Part shown: positions 12,301-26,100 of the stretch, piece by piece
How the letters are laid out: every line of letters begins with the position of its first letter
How positions within the stretch are numbered: position 1 is the first letter of the stretch
Assembly (NCBI GenBank): GCA_964106915.2
Contig: OZ066922.1
From: Podarcis gaigeae
Taxonomy: Eukaryota
DNA length: 64,000 nt
Reading direction: 5' to 3' (one strand)
Program-made: the position numbers and the translations under genes
Notes under the pieces: generated by a model
The model's database searches: none
What the model saw: the letters and a program-made list of their open reading frames with translations, nothing else
What the model was told of the DNA's origin: nothing

Positions 12301-15300
12301 AATGATTAACACCACCCAAGAAAAAGAAGTACTGCACTTTGCCATATGGCCAGGTTTGCGAGTGTGTTGCCTGTATGCGTTATGATTAGGTAAGAGAGAT
12401 GATCAATGAAGCGCTTTTCCATGCGATTAATTAGTATACTTATTGATTTTGAAAATACCTGAAAATACCCTTCCCCTGGAAGGCTGGATTGTTGTGCAAT
12501 CCCCAAAACTGTTTTATTCAACTTAATTAAAAGTGAAAAAAGAAACAAAAATTAAAATAAGCATATCGAAGACACTGGCATGTTTAATGTGGTAACGTTG
12601 TATAAAAACCAAATTTCATTAGTGAACATAGCAATGGCTACATATGACAAATTACTGAAAAATTTAACACACAAAGCATGACAGAATGCATTATATGGAT
12701 AACATGCACATGTATGTAACATAATATATAAATATACTAATAAATGAACATACTTAAAATATGTATATCTTCCACACACTAGTTACTGAAGTGAAGGTAG
12801 TTAAAAGGATGCAGAATTAAATCTGAATACATTTTAATCTTTCTTTACTTGCAATATTTGAAATATGCAGCTAGGGTACTGAATCGCCAGATAAACTTTC
12901 CCATCTCTATGTAACAATCACCTATTCTTAGTATATATTTCATCATGGGACTTAATGAATGCAGCACAACAGCTGATGGCTGTCTTACCGTGTCCTGTAT
13001 GTTGAAAGTGACTCTGGGTCCAGGAGATGCTCCATCTACACGTATTTCTGGGAGGTCCTCACTTTCTCCAAGACGTGTACTATCACATATATAAAAAGTC
13101 TTTTAGTATTATTAATGTGGAACTTCTCAGTTATTTTATTCATATAGTAAATCTAGACAATAAAGGGTAAACACAGAGGCATTTCTGACAGTTGTTCCAT
13201 TATTGTGGGGCTCCTTCTCAATTTAGAGCCACAACCTGAACATCTTCTAGGTGTTCTAGTCCTGAGTCTTTGGATTAGGCAGATTAAATGGCAATTCACT
13301 GACTTGCAAGAAACCAACTATTTCGCGTGGTTAGGAGCAACACAGCTGCACTGGATACAGAAGGCATACATAATACTTGATTTAAAGTGGTAAAACTAAA
13401 GTGGTAAAAAATTTAAGTGGTGGGGCTCTTCAGATGGGGTTGGCTCAATTTTCAGTCATTTCCACCCAGTTCTATGGGACAAAGTAAATGGAAGGCAAAA
13501 CCTGAATCTCCACCCCAAATCTGAATTCACCCATGGTGGTGTATATTAAGTTGCTGTTCAACCCATGGGGAAACCTAAATTACTAGAAAATAATGAGCAG
13601 ATGAAAAAAACATACAGATTAACATCTTTGACCTCTGAACAAGTATATGCATTTGTGTGTTTTTTAATCACCTTACCTTGCTCTGTCCATTCTTTTCAAA
13701 GGTGGCCTTCCAGATGCTGTAATACTTTTGGATCGATTATAGCTAGGTTTGTAGCCTAAGCCCCATTTGTCTTTCAGAGATGCTGCCTAAAAACAATCAA
13801 ACAAAAACAACATTATTTCAATATTCCATCAACAGGACACTTACATAGCTTGACACTAAGGCAAATCAACTATTTAGGAATGCTACTTACCTACACATTC
13901 ACACAGGCTACCAATATTGTAAATCAAAGGTATGATACTGAAAAAGTTAATTATGCTGACGTTCCATTGAGATCTGAATCTATTAGGTCTGCTTAACGTA
14001 AGGTCTGTGAATAGATTTAGACTCGCTCCTTAGAGCTATAGGTTCCAAGGAACTTTCAAATGATTGTTGGGCTGGATCAAAAGGTTGAGCAGGGTTTCAA
14101 GAATTTCTCAAAAGTGTAGTTTAAAGCCTCTCATGCACTTCTCCTGCAAGTAGATGATTGGCACTGTTTGCTTACTGGAGACATGCATAAGATGCTTCAA
14201 ACAGCTACTGAAAAGCAATGGAAGGCAGTCTCCACATTCATGTTTCAGCTGAAATGGGAGTGTTGGGGTTTTCTAATGTGTTTCTCCTTCATTTAACATA
14301 GAAGGGGACAGCTGCTTCAAACAAGACTTTAGCAAAAGGGCCCTGTGCTCCTGTTTCAAGCTGAAATATAAGGGCAGCACAGGGCTGTCTTAAAGCCTGG
14401 GCAAGTCTCCTCACGCTCCTTTTAAACTTCCCAGATCAGATGTAAAAATGGAAGGGGGCTTGGGGGGGCTCACAGTGCTGTACATTAGATTTGGCCCGGG
14501 AAGCCAATCTTGATATAGGATCTGGCCTTTGGAGCCGAAAAGGTTCCCCCACTCCTTTGATGTAAAGAAGGAAAAAAATAGTAATTGTGAACACAGCTCC
14601 AGAGAGAATAGTAGGCCAGCACAGATCTGTGGTGGTAAGAAGAGAGTATGGGATGAGAGAACACATTTAAAGGGATAAGACAGCAGGTACTGTGAAATGG
14701 AGAGAGGAAAAAGACGATGGGTTCATATATCATATGGAAATAGGTGCAAAAAACCCAGAGCTAACAGAAATTGCTAAAAACAAAACTGCTGACTTGCACC
14801 AAAAAGGCTTTTCCATAGTTAACACAGAAATGCATCCCTCTTCTGTTAGGAAAAAAAGGGGCTCTCTGAGTGACTTATGTACCTGTGTCTTGATGATATT
14901 TATTTAAAATTTATACCCTGCTTGATTGTAAAACAAAAACTCCCCTCAAAGTGGTTTACAAAAGGTAAAACAGTAAAATTATCAATAAGAAGAATTAACA
15001 ATAAGAATAATGCAACATTTTGAAAAAGAACATTTCAAAACAAACTATAGCTAATCATTTCAAAGTAGCAGTCACCAAATGCCTGGGTGAACAGGAATGT
15101 TTTCAAATTCCACCTAAACACTAATAACAAAGGGGACAGCTACACAGGGGGCATTCTGTAATTGGGGGGAATCACTACAGAGAAGGTCCTGTCATATCAG
15201 ATACAGTGTTCTACTATCTTTTTAAAATGTGAAAACAATGTTCATGTAGCAATGTTACTGTGCTACAAAGGAATCTTAAGAATTGCTCACCCGCATACTG

Positions 15301-18300
15301 GACCTGCGCAGTTTTTTACGAACATCTCGGCGAATATCATTGACAGCGACCGACTCCAATTGCTGATAACGTTGAATTTCTTGGTTTATGGTTCCTTCAC
15401 TTGCACCCAGTTTCCTGAGGACAGAATGGTGAAAACTCTGAGTAGAAAACTAAAGACAATTTGGTGTGATGATTAGAGCGGTGGACCTGGAAAGGGGAGG
15501 CACGGGTTCAGGGCGTTGGACTAGATGACACTTGGAGTCCTTTCCAACTCTACAATTCTATGAAATCCTGAGACCAGCCACTTTCTTCTTGCCAGGCAGA
15601 GTTGTTGTGAGGATAAAAGAGGACAACTATATGCCAAGGAGATGTTTGGAAGCATAGTGGCATAAAAATGTAAGATACAGTTTTAATCAAAAAGGCAGGT
15701 CTCTCACGGTTGATTTAATTATTCTGACCGAAAGATTTTTTTTAGAAAGGAAACACGCACACTTACTTTAGATCATCAATTACTTTGGCTTGTTCATTCA
15801 GCTCCCTTATGTCCACTAAACGTTTCACATACTTTCTTCCTCTCTGCTCTCCAGTCTGGTTATTAGATATCCCCTGCCTCCTATAGTCAGCATTCTCCTA
15901 TTTAAGAATTAGAAAAGCATTTCATGTCATTGTCCGTTAAAAGTGGTAGCATTTAAGCAGAAGACCAGGTTTTCTACCACCAATCAAAATAGCATGCAAA
16001 ATCATTTTGAAAAGAAGCCAGCTGATTCTTGATTTGCCAGTGACCCACTGATTCCACCATTCATTTAAAGAGATGCTATATATGCTACATACATGTCCCC
16101 ATGAGCAAGACCTGCCCGCTTTTAAGTGTGAATTGTTAGGATAAGCAGTATCACTTGATGCTGATCCCGACAGATATTCTACAGGAACAGAGTGACGATG
16201 GCTTTTGGGGCTCAAGCCCAGCAGGTGATTTACAATCCGCTGCCCAAAAGTGAGCTTGTGTACATCTCCACATAGTGGACCACCTTCTGATTTCTAAATG
16301 ATAACAAATAGCAAGATTAATAACTCAGGAAACGTTGATGCCACCATTCTCCTTATCGTCTGGCCCTTCTCTTAGGGTTCCTTGCAGGTTCTCTTTCTAT
16401 TCTTTCCCACAAACCTTGGCTCCCACGTGGTCTACAAATGCAAGCTACTATGTATTATTGTTAACTCTAGAAAGATGTAGCAAATTCATCTACTCTCCAC
16501 TGATCCCGGTCCTGTTATTCCTGTACATAACCAAGCTGTCCCTCGCTTGACATCAACTAACTGGAATTTCTACTTGTCAGGGACTGCAGATTGACACTGG
16601 TTTGCAGATAATCTTTGAACTAGGTTTAGGTTTGTTGTTTAAAGCAGTGTTAGCCAATGTGGCACCCTCCAGAGCTTGTTCAACTACAACTCCCATCATT
16701 CCTGACACAGGCCATACTAGCTGGGGCTGATGGGAATTGCTAGACTACAACATCCAGGGTCACTATGTTGGCTACCCCTGACTTAAGAGTCTTCAACAAA
16801 TCATTTCTTTTTTAAAAAAACAACCTACTACTACACTGTAAATAAATTTCAGTAATGGGATAATTAGCTCTTTAATTTTAACTGAAGAGACCAATACTAT
16901 GCATGCTTCTTTGGCAGTGACCTCAATTGGACTTGCCTAGTAAATATATGCAGAACTGCAGCCTTAATCCAATACCAACATTCAAAGAACTGTAAAACTA
17001 GTTCTGGGGGTCCAAATAAACTTCTTTTCTTCTAAACAACAGTTCAGCAATGGAAACTAAGGGGAATTCTAAAAGCTGTTTGTGCTATGTTCATTAGCTT
17101 TTCAAACAACACAAACACATTCCATTGAGCTTAATGAAAGCTCCTTGCAAGAGTCTGAGCCCACAAATATAACTTGAATCATGCTGCACTCTGTTAATAC
17201 ATATTACAAAACTCTTATGTCTAAGTAAATATGCAGTATGCCAAGCTGCTATTTTGCTTCATGTATTAGAATTATATTTAAGATTTATTAATCAGTTTAC
17301 TAACCACACTAACAGCAGGAGACATGGTATCAACTTCATCCTCATCTGATAGGTCAACCATGTTAACAGAGTTAAGGTCAGCAATGTCATCTAAATCTTC
17401 TTCTCCTGTCAATGTTGTAAGGGTATTTCCTAGAGCATTTAATCTTTTCCCAATATTAGGATCCATGTGCACATCAATGCCACACATCTTCCACAGCACA
17501 TTAAGAGTCCATGTCCCAGCACTATTACTTTCTGTATTAATAGAAAAAAGGGGTGGGAGAGAGAGCACATCACATTTTTCATTTAGGTATGCAAAAACTA
17601 GTATCTAGTATTTCACCAGCAGCTTAAGACATTTTTTCCAGTTATACTGTACATGGTTAGAAACATCATAGCAGTTTACCACATTCTGCAATGCACATGC
17701 TGCTTACTCTTGTCTGTTTGTCAGATGGGAAAAAAGGATAAAATAATGGATTGTCACAGGAACAAGAAAAAATGTGCAGTGCTTTCTTCAAATGGGCAAT
17801 TAAACTTTATTTACTACTGCTATTACAGTGGTACCTCGGGTTACATACACTTCAGGTTACAGACTCTGCTAACCCAGAAATAGTACCTCAGGTTAAGAAC
17901 TTTGCTTCAGGATGAGAACAGAAATCGTGCTCCGAAGGCGCGGCGGCAGCAGGAGGCCCCATTAGCTAAAGTGGTGCTTCAGGTTAAGAACAGTTTCAGG
18001 TTAAGTACAGACCTCCAGAACGAATTAAGTACTTAACCCGAGGTACCACTGTACTTTAACATTTACCTCAACATCTCTTATATTTTAACATTCTTATTCA
18101 AAGGCTGAACAGAATAATCACACACTGAACTATAACCATAGAATTGGAAGAGACCACAAGGGTCATCTAGTTCAACCCCCAGCAATGGAATAGTTTGCTC
18201 AAACCCATGACACCGAGATTAAAAGCTATAAAGTGGTACCTCGGGTTACATACGCTTCAGGTTACATACACTTCAGGTTACAGACTCTGCTAACCCAGAA

Positions 18301-20147
18301 ATAGTACCTCAGGTTAAGAACTTTGCTTCAGGATGAGAACAGAAATCGTGCTCCGGCGGCGCGGCGGCAGCGGGAGGCCCCATTAGCTAAAGTGGTGCTT
18401 CAGGTTAAGAATGGACCTCCGGAACGAATTAAGCACATAACCAGAGGTACCACTGTACCAGCTTTTGTAACATTCTATAATGTTTTAATCCAACTGTTAA
18501 GACCCATCCCCACCAAGGCTACAATTTGTTCCTGAATATAAATCTCCTGTATTAAAGACTGAGATGGGATGACAGATGCACAATAAAAAGGAAGACTCAC
18601 ACAGAGACTGAAGCTGCTTTGAAATAAGTGCTGCTTTGAAATAGCTCTTACCTGCAGCTGCTTGCCCTGTTGTTCTTGAGCACACTTCGTAGGTGCCATC
18701 TGGCACTACGCCTAAAGATGTGAGAAAACTACAGTGAACCTACCATCACATCACAAGGCTTTTTAGGTGAAACTTGCACTAATACATAATCAACCATTTC
18801 CTAATCATATTTCATTCTCCTGTAGTAGTTAAATAAATATGAGTGGATCAAGAGTGTGCTCCTTTCAGCAAATAGAAGGATTCCTTCTGTCCACAGAATG
18901 GACTTTTTGTAAATCAAAGTTCAACCTTCCCTTCCTCCTGCAGTGCCCTGTGCCACCTCCCCACAGGGTTCTGGTTGGTTCCTCACCTCTGGGGAGGTTT
19001 TGGGGGCGGGCATACAGGGTTGCAGGAAGAAGCAGGAATCACTGAAAATCACTCCCCTCTATTAAATTGGCAGGAGTGGCCCATGCATGGAACTCTGTTC
19101 ATGGGAAGACTGTATCCACCCCATTAATTTTCTTGAACTGGCATCTGGACATTTCTTACAGTAATACTAAATTCTTATTTCTGTATTCTTCTATATAGGG
19201 TAGCCATTCCCACCCCCACCCCCCACCGCAAAGCATTTTTGGATGCCATTTGTTCTTAAAGTGTCTGTCCGGTGATGGAAGGGTCCTATCAATTGAAAGA
19301 GACAGGAGGCAGTCTCAGTACACAGACACCAACCCATGTCCCCTATAAATCTGCTCTGGGAAGAACTTCTGAAGTCACAAAGGACAGCAGAAGTGAGAGG
19401 GAATTGACAAAAATGACTTCTTTCCTTGTTTCACTAGATAAGGCTTCCGTCAGTGCTGACACACCAATGGATGATCCAGGAAATAAGAATCATCTTACTT
19501 ATTTCTCCAAACATGAAGGTGAAACACAAGTTAGGGTGGTATTCCATGAATGCATCCCATCAGTACAAGTATTCCCACTTGAGCAGAGACCCCCCCTTTC
19601 CCCCCCACCCCTTGTGCATGTCCCACACCCTCCCCAAATATATTCCTGAGGGTTGGGGAAACCCTGAGAACAGATTTAGTAGGGGAAGGAGAGGAAGAGA
19701 GAGTTCTATTGTGCAAGCAGAAATCCTTGTGCTGAGAGAACGTTCGTGGAACACTATGTAAGAAACACCTTATGCTTTTTTGTGGAGCTTCTCAAAATGT
19801 GCAGAATTAGCAATAGCCGAGACAATAAGATAAAGGCTTACAGGCATTCATGACTAGATCTCCTCGCACTTCTGGCTTCCAGTCATCCCAGCTTGTTTCA
19901 AAGCCATCAGCAAAGCGAATGCAGAAGTTTTTAAAATGACCTTTGCTGACAAGAGATTCTGAAGAGCAGGCAGTAATTAAAGTACTTTCAATGGTCAGGA
20001 CTAATGCAGAACCAGTGTCCAGATCAGCTGTGTGATTAGACTGAAAAAAGCAAGGAACTATTGTATAAAAGTCTATTTCAGAAATAAGAAAGAATTCAGG
20101 CTGACTTCCTCACTCATAGTCATTTCTAGTCTCCCTTTATGAAGTAG

Positions 20148-20187
<40 letters not shown>

Positions 20188-23100
20188 CAAAATTAACTTA
20201 TATAAATTAGTATTTAATCAATAACTGGATCCCTGGCAGCTCTCTTAAGTTCAACCCCCTACAGCAAATTCCTGCTTTTCGTTACAAGTATGCACAAACT
20301 TGTAATTAAGCCCATCTTTATGAGTTTTAACTTTAAGGGTTATTTCCTAATGTTAGTTATTTACTTTACAGTACCTAGCATAATCTAGTTTTACAGTACC
20401 TATCCGTAACTAGCATAATCTAGTTTTACAAAACATCCTTTTCATGGATAAATCCATGATAAGCAGCATTTTTAACAAGCTAGCATATATCTAGAGGCTG
20501 CAGCACAACATATATCTGGAAAAGGTAGTTTTTCAGTTTCAAATCTAACATGAACTTCACAGGAATATATAGAGCGCTCTCAGTTACATTCTACATTCTA
20601 TTACACATGGGGAAATACAGCTCATCAGATGTTATTGATAACACTTATTACTTACACAGAAACTCTGTTTTTCTTTCTGTCCCCCAAAATTAATCTTGTG
20701 GCCCTGCCTCTGAATCTGTACCAATATTAAAAGCATTACATTGATATGTTTTGGTCATTGAGATCTTTTAAAAGCAAAAGTATAACAAGTTATGTATTAT
20801 ATTCAACACTAAGTCACCCAAACCTTTTAGCTTTAGTTGCACTACAAAATTCAATTTTATGGTACATATTATACAATCCCAATTGTATCCATCACTATAG
20901 ATAATTATTAATTATAACAGTAAATATACATTCTTTCATTTAGTTTAATCCATATCAATTGCAATTTATTAAATTATATGTTGTGTTTTTCTTATAAGGC
21001 TTTAAGAGTAGTGTATATTACATTAATTCTTTCAGGGACAAGGTCACATCATCTAGTTCCAACATCAGTGTAGTTTTTTTTACACTGTGCTCTAATTTGC
21101 AAATCAAAAGCAGATGGACATAAAACATATGCTTCTCATTTATTTCAGCTGTACCATCACAGTAATAAGAAAACTTCACTGTAGAATTTGGAGACTTTTT
21201 TTAAAAAAAATCATTTTCTAATAAAGTGAGTAAGAAACATAGCTTGTGATATGTGCTCTCTCTACAGCATAAATACAACTTGCAGTACTAATTCAAGTTT
21301 CAGGGACTCAAAGAATTGAAGTCAACTATTCTACTAAGAGTAGACATTGAAATTAATGAACCAAACTTAGTTGTGTTTACTAACATCAGCGGAACTATTC
21401 CAAGTAGGATTAGCACTGAATACAACCTAAACTGATTAATTTATGAAATATGCACAGTTTTAGTTTTTTAAAAGATGTAAATTGTTAATGGTTACTATGT
21501 AGGTATACTTTAAAATCTTATCAAATACTTAAAAGAATATTAAGAAAATAAATTGAATCTATAAATATTAGTAAAACGACCATCTTAATTATAATCTGAA
21601 AACCACTTGCAAGTCTTCAAACATTTCGACATATTCTGTTTTGAGATATCTAACCATCAATGAAAAGAATTACTGAAATTTTTGAGTTTTGTAGCTTCTC
21701 TCAAACAATAACTATTACCCAGAAGCATACTGATACTGCAATAGTAAACTTCAATATTATTTAATTTTTAAAAATTATGTTATTTTCTTTAATACCTGTG
21801 GTGTATTGGTGATGGGCAGGCAAATTCCCAAGTCATTAACTGTTAGCTGGAGGAAGAGTGTCCCAAAAGCTTGAGCAGATGTCTGCTGGATTCCAGGTAA
21901 CATATCAACTATTTCTTTTGTAGCCATATGAATATCTTTATTCAAGGCCATTCTCTGTTCATTCCAGTTGTCATAAGCAGCCTTGTAGTTCAGCCAGAAA
22001 AGCACAGCTTAGCAAGGGAGAAAAATGTTTTCACTATTTTAGAACAAATTAATATAGAAAATCATTCTAAGTTCAGCTATAATAAATTGCTGTGCCCTGT
22101 CAGTTATTGAACACATGTTTCTCTGTCTTGTTCTGCTTCTGGACTACAATATATGTTAATATGGCATGGAACCAAGTCAACATGATTCCGGCTATTGGCC
22201 TTTTAAATAAAGTAACATTTCCTTGCCTAACCGTAGTTTTCAGTGCACACATCTCTTTTGGTAAAACAAAAGCCAACACAAAGTCCACTAGTACCTCTGT
22301 CAAAGGCCACAGGCTGAGCAAAAACAATTGGCCGGTTCAAAGTAATGAGCACAGCTTCTCGATCTGACGAACCGCTGATTTCTTCTCTCAGAGCATTTCT
22401 TAATCCAATTCGGGTTTTAAAATAAGCAACTTGATGGAAGTCTGATCCAGCTTCTTCATAAACCTTAAGACATTCCAAACATATCAACAGGGAGAATACA
22501 GCGGAGCAAAAGACCAAGCTTGGAAGGATACAAACATAATAATTTTAAAACGGAGGTATTCTTAAACGTACACTTATTGGGCTAGGGACCAGAGTTGGAG
22601 CAGATTTGGGGGAGAATGGGAGACCAAAAAAGAAGCTGAGAGCACCTCGTTTTGTGAGTGGAATTCAGCTTATTAGAACAGGGTGCTTCCAGCTCCCTTT
22701 TCAGCTTTCCTTGTCCCCTCAACTTCCACTCACTGACGTTTTTCAGGATCCTGTTTACAGAAGGGCACATGGGGATCTAATCCAAAGTTTTATAAAGCCA
22801 TGTTTAACATTTCTTTCTTCATTCCATTTTGAGAACCAGAAAATGTCACCAGCAGGCTGTAAAATCATAATTACTCACCTGATGTTTGACGATTTGTCCC
22901 AATGCCAGATTTAAGTCCACTTGGCATTTACCGAAGAGCTTTAGGTAGCTGGCACTACCAGGCATTGCTTTGGTTTGCAATCTATTTGAGAGCTCCAGTT
23001 CTATTAGTCCTGTTTCAAATCTTACCGCCCTCATAGATGGTGTGGTGGCTGTTACCTGGATACCCTAATAATGTAAAGGAAGGACTTTAAATACACACCT

Positions 23101-26100
23101 CAGTCTCTCAAACACATTTTTATAAACATATCATTTAAGAAACCTTCTGCCTTTCACAATAGTTTCCATGAAAGGTAATAATTCTTTTGTTTGTTCCTTT
23201 AATTTAGAAAACATTATTAGAGGAGGAAAACAAACCACTGAGAGACATTCTAATACCCAAGAGAAAACGAGATTCCCTGCATTCTCATTCACTATTGATT
23301 TCACATTTCATTACAATATAACCACTGGCCACACTTGGAAGAACCCATGAATATCAAACATACTTTAAACTGCAGACTCAAGGAGTAGAGGAGAATCTTT
23401 GGCTTTTCTCCATCAGTTGTTCCATCATGTTCATTCCAAAGAGGAATAGGTTGCTCCCCTCCTGCATTTATAATTAAAACAACACAGTTCCAGAATTCAA
23501 TTAAGCCTTTGTCATTGCCACAAGATTAAGGCTGAGGATGGGTTAAAAAACACACACACATCACACCTATCCAACTTTCTAAATGCAACTGCCCAATATG
23601 ATCCAGCTGTCACTTCTCCAGTCCCAAAGGTGAAACAAGATTTGAGAACTCAAAGAGTAGTTGTAAGAACAACAATATAAATGATTATATAGTATTAGAA
23701 ATGGACAGACATTGTTTTCATAGTACCCCAACCCATTCAAAACATGCTGGCATGTATAAACGGCATACATTGACTTAGAGATAGTTGCCACAACACACTG
23801 ATTACTATTATATTTGACTAAAACAACAACAGCACAGTTTTAATGACAACAAAGTAAGTGTGCCATCTCACCAACAATAAACGACCTTTGGCGAGTGGTA
23901 ACACTGTTCAAGAAAATTACATAATAATAATAAAAGAAATAGTAAGTAAGTGAAATTTTGCAAAAACGCATTCCTACCAAAGGGTGGTATTTTAATATTA
24001 ATCATTTCCAGAGCAGATTCACTGAAATCAATTTCAATTGGTGTATTCCGAATATATGACTTAGTTGGATATCACCCACAGTGTGTAACTATTGCCTGCT
24101 TGTGTCTAATACAGAATAATAGAAACATCACAGTCCACATTTTTTGAATAAAATATGTGACTTCAGATACCATAAATAGTAGGAAGCAACATTAGTGTGG
24201 AGCTTTGAGTGCTGCCTGTTCAGTTTAGTAATGTTTTCAAGCAGTTAGGCTTACCTGAGACTTTCTGTATAACTTCATTGACCTCTTTCATAAATACTTT
24301 CTGCACGAAAACCAAATGGTTCAAAAGGTCTGTTGTCAGATTATGCTCAAAGGACCCAACCTGGGAGGAAAGGGAGAAGCCTTTTAACAGATGTTGATTC
24401 ATGATGAAGAGCTTGAAGCAAACAATAGGAAAAAGTGTAACATTTATTTTTGAGATGAATGAATTTCTAAAACTAAAATACACACAACTCAAGATACAAT
24501 ATAGTTAGGAAGATTTATGTTGCAGAACCTGGATGTAAGGAGCCACATGGTAGAAGCAGAACTGTTTCAGACATCGTACAATTACATAAGCACAATCATA
24601 AAAATATATTGTTATGTAAACTTTAAATATACAGGCATAATGTATAAATACTAATGCTTTTTTATTGGGGGGAAAAATCAGGCTAATTTGCTTTTAACAC
24701 CTGATTCTATCAGTAATTTTAATGCATATTTTATCTAAATCACTGTGATGTTTTGATGATTAAGTTGCATATAAATCCTGTTAAAATAAAAATGATAAAT
24801 AATATATATATATATATACTACATACCTCAGCTACACAGCGCAAATAATTTCCCTGGAGATAGTAACCTTGCTTAGTGGGCAGCTCATCTATACTCCATA
24901 TTTGATCTGAATAGGTATCATGTTCTTCCATTATGTATTTGCCTGACATAGTTACAGGAGGAAGATTAAGACTGGCTGAAGGAGGTATGGTAGACATATC
25001 AGTGGCAGAGACTTTGGAAGTGAACCGCAACCTGTGATTTGGCAGCTCAAATGTAAACATTGTTTGTGCACCTGTGAAAAGAAAACAGCCAATTGACTAG
25101 TCTACATGAATGCATTGCAGTTATAGAAACAGTCACCCACTTCCTACTTTCCATGTCAATGCTATCCCTTCCTCTTGATGAGGCTGGATTTCAACAGTTT
25201 TTATCTCATTCCTCAGATGGTATGGACATTATGCAAGTGCAAGGGAAGTATGCCTACCAGCTGTCCCAAAACACAACCATTACCATATTGGCCCGAATAT
25301 AAGCTGCGTCTGAATATAAACCGCCTCCTTAAAATTCTGCAGGCACTCACACGCATTCTGTTTTACTGTACGTCTGTTTTGGCAGTGATATCGCAAAAGA
25401 CAATTTTTGTAAGGTCACAAATGAAAGCTGCACTTTTAACTTTTCACGGTCAGAATTTGGAAAAAAAAGTGAGGCTTATATTCAGGCCAAACAGTACTTT
25501 TTAGGACCTATTCTATTCCATTAACTGCTATTCAACTCCATTAACAACCTAAAAATAAACAACAGAAATCAATGAACAAAGTACACTGCATATGCAATAT
25601 TAAGATAATATATCATCTCTGTAAGACAGGTGGAGGTTCATATTTAAATATTTGATAGTTAAACCCCCAAACCTTTTTGTTTCATTGCACTCAAACATCA
25701 CTGAAGACCTAACTGTATATTGAACACAAAATATTACATATTGCTGTCTATTTTAAAATCCTTCCTGAGTGTGGCAATAGCAATTCAAGCAGCCACTAAA
25801 ACGTGAACTAATGACGCTTTGTTGTGATGCAAAACTATTCTCTTTGCAAAAGCAAAACAGACAACTGTTGTTTAATGATTTAGCTAATTTCCACACACAA
25901 AATCAATGCATTTTTTTACACCTAGAGCATTCCCACATGTGCCAACCAACCTGGGAACACCGCCCAATATGAAGCAATGTTACCTGTCATTCCATGACTT
26001 CTCATTCTTCCCATCTTGTATTCTGCTTTCAGAGATGGCAGCAGTGCTGCTCCAATCGCAATTCCATCAATCATGGCACTGAATTTAAGAACTATGGGCT

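Noticed and set aside
14436-14570. Possible extra exon between exons 47 and 48
   Set aside because: Sequence begins like a hAT terminus (CAAAGGAGTGGGGGAACCTTTTCGG...GGCCAGAT) and shows no similarity to BLTP1.
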